Shown piece after piece: positions 1-9,252 of a DNA stretch of 64,000 nt. Positions within the stretch are counted from its first letter, which is position 1. The number at the start of each line of letters is the position of its first letter. The notes beneath the pieces are model-generated. The model searched no databases. It saw only the letters and a program-made list of their open reading frames with translations, and was not told where the DNA came from. A program made the position numbers and the translations under genes. The stretch lies in the sequence record OR234014.1; one strand, 5' to 3'. Source of the stretch: Staphylococcus phage SAC.

Positions 1-2487
1 TTGTCTTTCTTCTGCTGTTACGTCCTTCATACTTTTACCATACATAATACTTGCCGTATTTTTATGAATATCTTGTCCTGTTAAAAACATCTCTAACATT
101 TCTTTATCATCTGTATATAGTGCCGTAATACGCATCTCTAAGGCACTATAGTCGGCTTGTAAAATTACACCATCTTTAAATCTAGAGATAAAAGAACGTT
201 TAATAGGGTGGTGATAATCAAACTTATTTATATCAGATGTATGAGCAGGTAATTGTTGCATATTAATGTTTGAACTACTTAATCGACCTGATGCAGTTCC
301 TGTACTATTATAGTTACCATGTAAATTATGTGTATTCTTATTTACTCTTTTAGGTAATTTCTTAGTAAAAGAATTTCTTTTAGTTTGCAAAGAGGCATAA
401 TAAATAAGTAAGTCTAGTAGCTTTTTATTATCTTCATTCTCAACCAAAGATAATGCCATCTTTATAGACTTAGTATCTGTTTTGTAGTCTTTCCATGATA
501 ACTCATCTTCTTTAGTACTATTACTGAAAGGTTTATCCTTAACTGTCTCTTTACTATAAGGTAACTGTATACCTAAAATGCTATATAATACTTCACCTTT
601 ATGGTCTCCTGAGCTTGGTTTGAACTTCCAACCTTCATCTTTAAATTTAGCTCTATACTCATGTATTTCTTTGTCTCTATCAGATGGTTTCTTCTCATGT
701 TCTGCTAGGGCTAGTTGGTATAAATTATACCTAGTTTCTTCAAATTCTTGGATAGCCCAATGCTCTCTAATTTCTTGGTGGGTTTTTTCCATCTCATTAA
801 TATAAAATTCATCATTTTTATGCATGTATTCTAAGTCACAATGTAAACCATTTGATTGTATTCTAGCTAATGTTCTAATTAATCTAGGGTAACTTATTGA
901 CATTAAGTTCAATGCTTTAGGTCTATTTTGTTCTTTTAACTTTTCAATAACATCACAGTATATTCTTCTACAGACATCGGTGTCACCACTGGCATAAGGA
1001 TGCATAAGCTCTAATGGAATCCAATCATAATTAAAGTCACCTCCATCTACCTCATTAATAACTTTAGTATTGTCCTTATACGTGTTAATTAAATTAATAG
1101 ATGTACCTAATACATAATCTTTAGCTTTGTTAGATAAACTCATATACTCGGGTGATGATTCGGCTACTTCTTTAAATTCAGAATCCATAAGCATATTCTT
1201 TGTAATAACCTCAGGTGTTAGTTTTAACTCTAAGTATCTTTTTTGCTCTTCTGTGATACCATAATACTTATCTTCATCTGTTAGTTCTATATCAATGTTA
1301 TCGAGTTTATTTTTCAACCAAGTATCATACTCATTTGATTTTATGTTATATTCTTTCTTAGCAACTTTTTTATTTTCTTTTTTAATCTCTTTTAGTTTAT
1401 CTGATAAGAATCTTAGTAGCTTCAATACATACCACTCTTTAAAATCTTCAAGAGGTTTGTCATATCCTCCTACATCTGTTACTTCGTAAGCAAGGTCTGA
1501 TAATCTTAGAGACTCTGCTTGTTCTTGTGTTACAGCTAAATACCAACCTACCTTAGTGTCTTGATTATTTTCAAAGTCTGTGAAACCTTGTGTTGTCATT
1601 AGAAAATTTATATCATAAGTAGCATTATGTAGTACCTTAATGTCTTCTTTGCTAGCTACCCATTCTTTTAATAAGGAAAGAATTTCATCAATATCTTGTT
1701 GTCCATTCTCCCAAGTAAAGTCTGATTTATATAAAGGTATTGTAACACCTTGACCATTTTCCCAACTCATTGATAATACTAAGGGTTTACTTCCTTCTCT
1801 ATCAGGACTAAGTGAGTTAGTTTCTAAATCCCATGCGGTAATGTCTACACCGTCATGATTATCATTCTTTACTTCTTTATTAAATATTTCTCTTACACGC
1901 TCAATACTTGTAACAAGTTCATACTTAACTTCTTTAGGTTTAAATACGTCTTCACCTTGTTCTACAAACTTACCTAATAACTTAAGGTCAGCTACTACAT
2001 GACGCTCACTATTCTTATTAACGTTTGTGTACTCTATGCTATAAGTAGGTAATACCCAAACATCATGTTTTTTATCTTCACTAGTAATAGTTACTTTATT
2101 AGGTACACCTCTAACTTTACCGATAGCTGATACATTTAATAAATATTTAACCCCTAGCTTACCTAAAGGAATAATAATATCGTACTTATTGTTTATGATT
2201 ATTTGACTCATTCTTTCATAGTAAGGTTTAACTTCAGATAACTTAACGTCTTGGTACTTAATTGTTTTACCATAGTTATTCTTAATAGGTGTAGGTACTT
2301 TAGGATATAAAAAATCAATGTCATAATCCTTTGTGCTCCTATCTCTATTAATACCAGAAATATTAGACAATAGTTGTTTTAGTACTCTACCATTAGGTGT
2401 ATTTAATAGTACATTCTTAACACTACCATCATTACTAACTGAAAAGTGTTCCTCTCTGATATAGTCGTATAAAATTAAAACTTTCAT
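1..2487 (-). CDS. DNA polymerase, family A (Pol I-like), N-terminal ~829 codons; gene continues past window start
   Basis: Manual translation from ATG ~2487 gives MKVLILYDYIREEHF... and is open to position 1. Contains 3'-5' exonuclease motifs (DLETNSL, HNATYD, YASGDTD) and the polymerase motif-A region (GRLSSSNINMQQLP ... ADYSALEMRI). Not in the ORF track because it runs off the edge. Confidence 0.8.
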   Translation of the reverse strand, partial: MKVLILYDYIREEHFSVSNDGSVKNVLLNTPNGRVLKQLLSNISGINRDRSTKDYDIDFLYPKVPTPIKNNYGKTIKYQDVKLSEVKPYYERMSQIIINNKYDIIIPLGKLGVKYLLNVSAIGKVRGVPNKVTITSEDKKHDVWVLPTYSIEYTNVNKNSERHVVADLKLLGKFVEQGEDVFKPKEVKYELVTSIERVREIFNKEVKNDNHDGVDITAWDLETNSLSPDREGSKPLVLSMSWENGQGVTIPLYKSDFTWENGQQDIDEILSLLKEWVASKEDIKVLHNATYDINFLMTTQGFTDFENNQDTKVGWYLAVTQEQAESLRLSDLAYEVTDVGGYDKPLEDFKEWYVLKLLRFLSDKLKEIKKENKKVAKKEYNIKSNEYDTWLKNKLDNIDIELTDEDKYYGITEEQKRYLELKLTPEVITKNMLMDSEFKEVAESSPEYMSLSNKAKDYVLGTSINLINTYKDNTKVINEVDGGDFNYDWIPLELMHPYASGDTDVCRRIYCDVIEKLKEQNRPKALNLMSISYPRLIRTLARIQSNGLHCDLEYMHKNDEFYINEMEKTHQEIREHWAIQEFEETRYNLYQLALAEHEKKPSDRDKEIHEYRAKFKDEGWKFKPSSGDHKGEVLYSILGIQLPYSKETVKDKPFSNSTKEDELSWKDYKTDTKSIKMALSLVENEDNKKLLDLLIYYASLQTKRNSFTKKLPKRVNKNTHNLHGNYNSTGTASGRLSSSNINMQQLPAHTSDINKFDYHHPIKRSFISRFKDGVILQADYSALEMRITALYTDDKEMLEMFLTGQDIHKNTASIMYGKSMKDVTAEERQ

Positions 2488-2519
2488 GTTATTACCAATC
2501 CCTTCTTTAACTTAAATAC

Positions 2520-2548
2520 AGTATAGCATATCTAATCATAGTAGTCAA
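2520..2548 (-). promoter_or_regulatory. sigma-A-type promoter TTGACT-N17-TATACT upstream of the DNA polymerase gene
   Basis: Minus strand reads TTGACTactatgattagatatgcTATACT, ~30 nt upstream of the pol ATG. Confidence 0.5.
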
Positions 2549-2577
2549 TAAAAAAAAGAGGAACTTAATCCTCTTTG
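2548..2577 (-). terminator. rho-independent terminator after the HU-like gene
   Basis: Minus strand reads aagaggattaagttcctctt followed by a T9 run: a 7-bp GC-containing stem plus U-tract. Confidence 0.6.
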
Positions 2578-2867
2578 TTTAATACATCTATAACTTTATC
2601 TAATTCAGACAAAGGTTTAAACTTTAGTGCCTTTCTATTAGGTAAAGTGAAGTATGTTTTATTTAGTCCATCCCATGCTTTTTTACCCTTACGCTCTACT
2701 ACTTCTATTTGAAAGTACTTATGATTCTTTACCTTATCGTAATCTTCAAGTAGTAATTCAGAAATAGCTTTTGTTTCTGCTTCTAGTATCTCTTCTACGT
2801 CTTGGATATAGTACCCTGTACTCTCAGATATCTTTCTTGCTATATCTCTTCTATTTGCTGTACTCAC
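2565..2867 (-). CDS. HU/TF1-like type II DNA-binding protein
   Basis: 100 aa. N-terminal RRDIARKISESTGYYIQDVEEILEAETKAISE and the following beta-arm region resemble the HU/IHF/SPO1-TF1 fold pattern. Confidence 0.5.
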   Translation of the reverse strand: MSTANRRDIARKISESTGYYIQDVEEILEAETKAISELLLEDYDKVKNHKYFQIEVVERKGKKAWDGLNKTYFTLPNRKALKFKPLSELDKVIDVLNKED

Positions 2868-2875
2868 AAAATCAC

Positions 2876-3478
2876 CTAAATCTTAATCTTTCTTTGTCTT
2901 TTTAATTCAGTAAGTAGGTCTTCTATTATTTCATAATCTTTATTTTCTTTACTAGCAAGAATATAGATATACATTTTCCACACGGACAAAGAAACCCTTA
3001 ATTTGTCTGCAAAGTCAAGCGTATACCTAGGTTTTAGTTTATAAGCTTCTTTATCATACGTGTAGTACTTACCTTGTTTAGCGTCTATAGAACTAATACG
3101 AGGGAATGATAGATGAACCTCGTCTACATTCGTTTTAACATCGTATAAACTTCTAATAATATCGTAAGGATTGACGTAAGGAAATACAACTGAAATATCA
3201 ATAATGACTTTTGTTCCCATGAAACTCAAAGCTATATTATCCATATCTTTGTTACTAAACTTACTACGCATTCTATATACAACTGATGATTTAGGGTGAG
3301 CTGATAAATCTTTAAGCACATAGTAAGGAATTACTGAATCGGTATAGTATGTTACTTGTCCACCGTGCTTGCATATTTTTTCAATCAACTTATCATTGTT
3401 ATACTTCTCATTAAATAGCATGTAATGTTTATCATCTCTTAGTATATACCTAGTTGATTTATTAGCTAAGTTGTCCAT
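2876..3478 (-). CDS. hypothetical protein
   Basis: 200-aa ORF with no recognisable motifs. Confidence 0.4.
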   Translation of the reverse strand: MDNLANKSTRYILRDDKHYMLFNEKYNNDKLIEKICKHGGQVTYYTDSVIPYYVLKDLSAHPKSSVVYRMRSKFSNKDMDNIALSFMGTKVIIDISVVFPYVNPYDIIRSLYDVKTNVDEVHLSFPRISSIDAKQGKYYTYDKEAYKLKPRYTLDFADKLRVSLSVWKMYIYILASKENKDYEIIEDLLTELKRQRKIKI

Positions 3479-3631
3479 ATCTTTTTCTATCTCATCTTCA
3501 TTTAAAGTTGTAACTTTAATAGCTTTAGATAATTCATCTTTGTTTTTTACATGTATATTAAAATATCTATCACTATTATATATAGTTAATGTTTTATTTT
3601 TTGCGATAACTATTCATCCTTTCATGAAAAA

Positions 3632-3680
3632 ACCTACTACCTTTTACTAATATAAGTATAGCATAAGTAGTAGGTAATTA
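3632..3680 (-). terminator. hairpin terminator with embedded promoter-like -10 (ATGCTATACT)
   Basis: Minus strand has a 9-bp stem (acctactac / gtagtaggt) followed by T6. The loop carries TATACT with a weak -35 (TTGTAA) 17 nt upstream. It follows gene 3685-4017 and precedes gene 2876-3478. Confidence 0.4.
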
Positions 3681-3684
3681 CAAA

Positions 3685-4017
3685 TTAAAGTAAATCTAAT
3701 TCCATTAAGTTTTTAGGTGTTACTTGGTCTTCGAACTTCTTAGCAAGTTCCCCATCTTTATATCCAATAAGTACAGGTGTACTCATAATGTCAAATAACT
3801 TGACCGCTTTTTCTCTATCTACATCTTTATCATCTAAGTTAATAACATAAACAGGTTTAGTAATATCTCCTTCTGCTTCGAAAAGAGGAATCACACTTTT
3901 TAAAATTTCACATTTAGCACACTCATCTTGTGTAACCATGACAATAACATCCTGTTTTTGTCTGATTGTTGTATTTAACTCTAATAAACTATTCACTTTT
4001 TCCATTTTCTGTATCAT
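3685..4017 (-). CDS. thioredoxin/NrdH-like redoxin
   Basis: 110 aa with a CAKC (CxxC) motif in a thioredoxin-fold context, immediately downstream of the RNR genes. Confidence 0.6.
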   Translation of the reverse strand: MIQKMEKVNSLLELNTTIRQKQDVIVMVTQDECAKCEILKSVIPLFEAEGDITKPVYVINLDDKDVDREKAVKLFDIMSTPVLIGYKDGELAKKFEDQVTPKNLMELDLL

Positions 4018-4315
4018 CCTTTTCTAGTGTGTCAATAATATCTTTAAATGTTTCAATATCAGCTACATGTGTTAACTGCACCATACCATCAGCTTTAAAT
4101 AACTTCAATGTACCTTCGTATATAAGAATGTATACATATGTATTATAAATAAACTCTAGCTGAAATTTACTGGATTTACTATCTGCTTTAGTATCATCTC
4201 CCCTATTAAACATCTTAATAGGGTCTTGTACATTACTTACTTGTGAGAAAATATCATTTGATTTGAATATATCTTCAGTTCTACTTAGTAATCCAAACGC
4301 TTCTTTTTTATTCAT
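3989..4315 (-). CDS. hypothetical protein (not NrdI-like)
   Basis: 108-aa ORF overlapping the next gene by 29 nt. No flavodoxin signature. Confidence 0.35.
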   Translation of the reverse strand: MNKKEAFGLLSRTEDIFKSNDIFSQVSNVQDPIKMFNRGDDTKADSKSSKFQLEFIYNTYVYILIYEGTLKLFKADGMVQLTHVADIETFKDIIDTLEKDDTENGKSE

Positions 4316-4327
4316 TTAGTCACCTCT

Positions 4328-5254
4328 TTAGGCTTCACAATTAATACAAATTTTAGATAAATTGAATTGTTGTGATGCATTTGTACCATGTTGATAATAC
4401 AATGACTTAATACCATTAGACCATGCAAAGAGATAAAGTTCATTTAACTCCTCTGCTGTAACATGTTTAGGGTTAATCATAATGTTTATAGATTGTCCTT
4501 GGTCAATATATTTTTGTCTTGTAGAAGCTTGGTCTAATATATTATATTGATTAATTTCACCATATGTTTTAAATACTTCCTTTTCATAATCACTTAAGAA
4601 AGTTAGGTGTTGAACGGAACCATCATTGTCCCTAATACTCTCAATAACTTTTTTATTGTCCTTTCCTTTTTCTTTTAATAGTCTTTTAAGGTAAGGATTA
4701 ATCATAGTTTTCTTTACTTTAGCAGTGTCTACAACGTAATAATTACTCATAAAAGGTTCAATTGATTTAGAAACTTGACCTAGGATAAATGAGCTCGAAG
4801 TCGTAGGAGCTACCGCCATCAAACACGAATTCCTTCTACCATACCCTTTAAGAATAGTAGGCTCTCCATAAAGTTTAGCTAACTGCTCACTAGCTTTATA
4901 AGTTTTTTCTTTTAATAATTTAAATATCTCTTCATTAATTTGACTAGCTTTAATACTTTCAAAAGGTATGAGTTTTGATTGTAGGTATGAATGATATCCA
5001 AGAACGCCTATTCCTAAGGCTCTGTTCTCAACAGAAAAGTTATAAGCTCTCTCCATAAATTTAAATGCTTCTTGTTTATCTTTTTCAGCTGAGTCTCTTA
5101 GATATTCTAAGTCTCTAATAAACTCAGACATAACAGCATCTAAAAAGTAAACAAGTGTCTCTACAGCATCCGTGTGTTTCCATTCATCATACTTAACAAG
5201 GTTCATACTAGATAGGTCACATACAAATGACCAATCTTCTTTATTAGGTAACAT
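4328..5254 (-). CDS. ribonucleotide reductase catalytic (alpha) subunit, exon 2 (C-terminal half)
   Basis: Class I RNR alpha C-terminal features (...NSCLMAVAPTTSSS... and the C-terminal Cys pair). The true exon begins ~9 nt upstream with S-E-I, completing the conserved SNLCSEI motif shared with exon 1. Confidence 0.85.
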   Translation of the reverse strand: MLPNKEDWSFVCDLSSMNLVKYDEWKHTDAVETLVYFLDAVMSEFIRDLEYLRDSAEKDKQEAFKFMERAYNFSVENRALGIGVLGYHSYLQSKLIPFESIKASQINEEIFKLLKEKTYKASEQLAKLYGEPTILKGYGRRNSCLMAVAPTTSSSFILGQVSKSIEPFMSNYYVVDTAKVKKTMINPYLKRLLKEKGKDNKKVIESIRDNDGSVQHLTFLSDYEKEVFKTYGEINQYNILDQASTRQKYIDQGQSINIMINPKHVTAEELNELYLFAWSNGIKSLYYQHGTNASQQFNLSKICINCEA

Positions 5255-5263
5255 AATTTCACT

Positions 5264-6102
5264 CCTACATGTTCAATAGTGGTCGTTAATCACTACCAGT
5301 TCTCTAATTAACAATATTTATAGTTAGGGAATTTTTCAGAATTACATCTTCTGGTTAATGTATTTCTGTTTATTCCTAGCTCTTCAGAGCATATACCCAT
5401 ATTTTTATAAACTACGCCATCAACAATAACTTTTTTAGCATTAGCGCTTTCTTTACCATACATCGGATTGTTTTTTCCTCGTCTATCCATTATATTCCAC
5501 CCAAAACCTATCTCCATATTATAACCTTTTTTTACAGATTCGTACATGTCTATAAAAATTTGCTCTACCATGTAAGCAAACTTTTTATCCTCTGTACTAA
5601 AAGTGTATAATTCTTCTACATAAAAATTCTCTTCACCATGTTTCATCATTGATTGGTGTAAATTAGTTGTTGAGCCTATCTTAGCTTTTCTAATATGATT
5701 TTTAAATCTATGTTGAACTGTTTTTGATGTAATTCCGATGTATATTTTATTATTGTTTTTGTTTGTAATTTTATAAATATGGTACTCCATTTTCGACCCT
5801 CTTAATTATTATTGTTAATATGAACTTCTATATGTTTCCATATAGAGCAGACTATATCATCTTCCTTAATAAGGAAGTCCACCATTTCGATTTAAATAAG
5901 ATTTACTTGATTATTACTCAATACTTATACCACTTGGCTCTAACCTTATCCCTTCACTTATGTGAATAGGTTACGGATAGTCGTTAGGCATTTACAGATT
6001 TATAATCTGATTTAGCACGGTGTTGTCGTATATTTTAACTTAGATATTCACCGTTTAGATGGATTTTTCGATAGTAATTACTTACTAAAGGTGCAAATTT
6101 TT
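5264..6102 (-). mobile_element. group I self-splicing intron in the RNR alpha gene, carrying a GIY-YIG homing endonuclease
   Basis: It splits SNLC|SEI. On the minus strand the S-like element AAGAUGAUAUAGUCUG (~5848) and the P7 partner CGACUAUCC (~6040) are present, and the intron ends in G before AGTGAAATT. Confidence 0.75.
5308..5790 (-). CDS. GIY-YIG homing endonuclease (intron-encoded)
   Basis: N-terminal YHIYKITNKNNNKIYIGIT...RFKNH matches the GIY-x10-YIG...R...N core. The ORF lies inside the nrd intron. Confidence 0.8.
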   Translation of the reverse strand: MEYHIYKITNKNNNKIYIGITSKTVQHRFKNHIRKAKIGSTTNLHQSMMKHGEENFYVEELYTFSTEDKKFAYMVEQIFIDMYESVKKGYNMEIGFGWNIMDRRGKNNPMYGKESANAKKVIVDGVVYKNMGICSEELGINRNTLTRRCNSEKFPNYKYC

Positions 6103-6849
6103 ACACAAATTTGAGTTATTAATAGTCAATCCTTTGTCTTTATATACATCTACTGTATTACTATTTGCATTATCATGAAAGAAGATATAGGGGTATCCTA
6201 TTTGTGTTCTTCTTGTTAATACTTTAGCCCATGTTTTTCTTTTTTCTTTGTCCCCATTAATCATGTCTAATAACCAATCATCAGTAACTGTTACCGCATG
6301 TGTTAAGTTTTGAATTGGATTACCTTCGGTACCAATCTCTAAAAACTCGTCAATATCTTTGTGTTCTATAGGTAGATAAGGGCTAAATCTTCCTCTTCTT
6401 TGGCTACCCTGACTTATCGTATCTGTCATTTGCTCAAATAGCTTCATAAAATGAACGGAACCACTTGTCAGTCCATTATCAGTGATTTCTGAGCCTCTAG
6501 GTCTGATGTTACCGAAGTAACCACTTGTACCACCACCGTATTTACTCATCATACCTACTTCACTAGCAGTATTAAGTATCGATGGTATAGTATCATCTAC
6601 CCAACTACCAAAACAACTAATACTAAATCCTCTATCTTTCCCGAAATTAGACCATATAGGACTGGATAAGGAATAATAACCTTTACTCATATAATCATAA
6701 AACTTGTCAGAAAACCCATCAATACCTAAAATATCTTCAGCGTAATCTGCAATATCTTTAATTCTTTGTTCTGGTGTTTCACCATCACTTAAATAACCAC
6801 GTTCTAGAAAAACTCTAGAATCATTATTTAACCATTCAAAATTACTCAT
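6085..6849 (-). CDS. ribonucleotide reductase catalytic (alpha) subunit, exon 1, no ATP-cone
   Basis: 254 aa aligning to the NrdA/NrdE core (SCFGSWVDD..., ...GYPYIFFHDNANSN...SNLC). The last 5 residues (KNLHL) are intron read-through. It starts directly at the catalytic barrel with no ATP-cone. Confidence 0.85.
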   Translation of the reverse strand: MSNFEWLNNDSRVFLERGYLSDGETPEQRIKDIADYAEDILGIDGFSDKFYDYMSKGYYSLSSPIWSNFGKDRGFSISCFGSWVDDTIPSILNTASEVGMMSKYGGGTSGYFGNIRPRGSEITDNGLTSGSVHFMKLFEQMTDTISQGSQRRGRFSPYLPIEHKDIDEFLEIGTEGNPIQNLTHAVTVTDDWLLDMINGDKEKRKTWAKVLTRRTQIGYPYIFFHDNANSNTVDVYKDKGLTINNSNLCKNLHL

Positions 6850-6864
6850 CTATATACACTGCCT

Positions 6865-8202
6865 TTATATCATTTTTAGTCTTAAAATAGCGTTTACTTT
6901 ATCTTTAGTAACTCGTTTACCAGTATTTTCAAAATCAGATTCCGTTGAAAAAATAGTATCTTCCGTTACAGAATTACTAAATTTTGTATAGTTTACAGAA
7001 CGTTTAGATAAAAAGTCCGTTAACTTAGTACTAATAACTTCATCATCAAACCATGACACTTCACTTAGTAACTCTTCATCAACATCAAAAAGTTTAGTAT
7101 ACCCAACAGCTACTAGAGAGTTATTAAGCCTATTTTTAATAAATTCTTGTACTACTTTCTTAGGTAAGAACTCTAGTTCCCCATCTTCATACATCCAATC
7201 AAGTAACCGTGTTTCTGATTCATAAGATTTTTTACAGGCTGTGTAAACTGCATCTTCCATTTCTTTGTTGAACCACTCAGGTCTTTCTTCTCTAAGAATA
7301 TTAATGATTTCTGTTCCAAATAATCCATGGATTTGCTCTTCTTTAGATGTAGCTTCAATAGCATTTGATAAACCTCTAAATAAGTTTTTATATTTATTAA
7401 AACTCATCATAATTAAAAATTGACTAAATAAAGATACATGTTCAATAAATATAGAAAATAATAAAACAGATAGTACGTAATCTCTATCATCCTCACTCTT
7501 ACTTAGTTTTACATGCATCGCTAACTCATCAACACGTTCTTTAAGAGCAGGAATATCGTCAATTGTTTTAAACTCCTCATTCAAACCTAAAATCTCTAAT
7601 AAATGTGAATAAGCGTCGGCATGACGTGCTTCACTCTCACTAAAAGTTGCACCCACAGCTCCAGTTTCCCATTTAGGCATTCTATGATATAGGTCACCCC
7701 AGAAAGTCTTTACTGCTACTTCTACTTGGGCAATTGCTAGCATAGCTTTTTTAATGGTCATTTGCTCATTGTATTTAACGTTATTCTTATAGTCTTGAAT
7801 ATCTGATGTATAGTTAAACTCAGTGTGTACCCAGTAACTTTGGCGTATAGCATCTTTATATTCTAATAATTCAGGGTATTCATAGGGTTTTAATTCTTTT
7901 CTTGGTTTGAATAAGTCTCTTTTACGCTCTCTTTTCTTTTTATCCCTATATAAAATAAAAGCTTTAGCAGTATCTTTATACATACTACTAAATAAAACTT
8001 CTTCTACTATATCTTGTATTAATTCTACAGTAATGATAGTGTCTTGTTCTTCTAGTAAAGAGTCTACGTCATCTACAAGAGAATCAATAACATCTTCAAT
8101 ATATTCTTCTGTTTCTGAGTTGGCTCTTAAAATAGCATTAGTAACTTTACTTAAATCATAATCTACAACGGAACCATCACGTTTTTTTATTTGTGTAATC
8201 AA
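6865..8202 (-). CDS. ribonucleotide reductase radical-generating (beta/R2) subunit with N-terminal ATP-cone
   Basis: Residues ~1-95 (IKKRDGSVVDYDLSKVTNAILRA...AFILYRDKK) look like an ATP-cone. The remainder has the R2 di-iron ligand region (FSESEARHADAYSHLLE). Confidence 0.75.
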   Translation of the reverse strand: MITQIKKRDGSVVDYDLSKVTNAILRANSETEEYIEDVIDSLVDDVDSLLEEQDTIITVELIQDIVEEVLFSSMYKDTAKAFILYRDKKKRERKRDLFKPRKELKPYEYPELLEYKDAIRQSYWVHTEFNYTSDIQDYKNNVKYNEQMTIKKAMLAIAQVEVAVKTFWGDLYHRMPKWETGAVGATFSESEARHADAYSHLLEILGLNEEFKTIDDIPALKERVDELAMHVKLSKSEDDRDYVLSVLLFSIFIEHVSLFSQFLIMMSFNKYKNLFRGLSNAIEATSKEEQIHGLFGTEIINILREERPEWFNKEMEDAVYTACKKSYESETRLLDWMYEDGELEFLPKKVVQEFIKNRLNNSLVAVGYTKLFDVDEELLSEVSWFDDEVISTKLTDFLSKRSVNYTKFSNSVTEDTIFSTESDFENTGKRVTKDKVNAILRLKMI

Positions 8203-8216
8203 CTAGTATCCCTTCC

Positions 8217-8825
8217 TTATATACCATCAAGTAAATCATCAATCAACTTATCTTCTTTTTTACTAACTTTAGATATTTTAGATTTGACAACTCTATATGG
8301 TTTAATCTCTTTTTTGTTGTAGCAAGATATAATATAAGAAGGTGTTAAGTTAGTCAACCCATCTATCGTAGTTATAAGAACATCATAAAAATGTTTGTCT
8401 TTTCTAACATTCTCTATAATAAAATCTGTTCTCATAATAGGGTACTCTTCATCTCTTAACTTAACATATACATCTTCTATATAAGGTAATGCTACATATG
8501 ACTGTGCTCTATTTCTTGTAAATATTAAACAAGGAGTTTTATTAACTTGCAAACTATCTCCTATAACTTGTTCCCACCATGTATGAGGTTCTTTATTATT
8601 AAGTAGAACATTATCCATAATCCAATTTTCTCTATGTTTACACTCTACAACTAATGGAAAATTAGACTCTAAAGGTGCTACAATGTCACCGACAGCATTA
8701 TTGTTAGCTCCCCATGATGCACCTCCTGATTGTGGAGACCTACTAAAAGGATAACCCCACCAATCAGAAAGTTCTTTGGCAATCTTTCTTTCGAATACAT
8801 CACCTTTTTTTTTACTATTTGTCAT
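8217..8825 (-). CDS. Hjc/RecU-like Holliday-junction resolvase (PD-(D/E)xK) candidate
   Basis: GDVFERKIAKEL ... SGG ... GDIVAP ... VVECK matches the archaeal Hjc-type motif order (G-x-x-FER ... D ... E-x-K). Confidence 0.5.
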   Translation of the reverse strand: MTNSKKKGDVFERKIAKELSDWWGYPFSRSPQSGGASWGANNNAVGDIVAPLESNFPLVVECKHRENWIMDNVLLNNKEPHTWWEQVIGDSLQVNKTPCLIFTRNRAQSYVALPYIEDVYVKLRDEEYPIMRTDFIIENVRKDKHFYDVLITTIDGLTNLTPSYIISCYNKKEIKPYRVVKSKISKVSKKEDKLIDDLLDGI

Positions 8826-9252
8826 GTTTCTTCAACTGCACTACTTTTTCATTATCTTCTTTTGCTTTATGCTCTTCTTGTTTTTTTCTTACTTCTTCTT
8901 GTTTTTCTTCTAAATACTTTTCACGTTTTTCTTTTAATTTAAGTTGCGCCTTCTCTACTTGCTCAGTAGTTACATCTAGGTTATCTTCCATAACAATCAT
9001 TAACAAATCAATAGCATTAAAAGCATCATTAAAGGCAGATGCATACTCTTGAACTGTAACGGCATTAATTGCTCGTGCAATTCTAGTAGCCTCATCTAAT
9101 GATACACTACGTGCTCCAATACGATGTAATTGCTTAGCAGTGTCCTCAGTTAATTCCTTGCCTTCTACTGTTCCTTGTGTAATAGCTTCTAACCACATGT
9201 CCATATCTTTTTGTGAAATACCTTTTGTATGTGTACTAATATTTTTTTCCAT
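8815..9252 (-). CDS. hypothetical protein
   Basis: 145-aa ORF with a charged, coiled-coil-like C-terminus. Confidence 0.4.
   Translation of the reverse strand: MEKNISTHTKGISQKDMDMWLEAITQGTVEGKELTEDTAKQLHRIGARSVSLDEATRIARAINAVTVQEYASAFNDAFNAIDLLMIVMEDNLDVTTEQVEKAQLKLKEKREKYLEEKQEEVRKKQEEHKAKEDNEKVVQLKKHDK

Noticed and set aside
2440-2470. An ATAGTCG-like motif near the start of the polymerase gene was checked as a possible additional intron core.
   Set aside because: No partner R element or hairpins are present, and the polymerase ORF is continuous for 829 codons in the window.
5850-6045. On the plus strand the motifs CAGACTA ... ATAGTCG initially look like group I R and S elements in plus orientation, which would contradict the minus-strand genes.
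   Set aside because: P7 is near-palindromic. The reverse complements give a better S match (AAGAUGAUAUAGUCUG) and R match (GUUCAACGACUA) on the minus strand. All exon continuities (SNLC|SEI, NAGK|TEV, portal halves) are on the minus strand.
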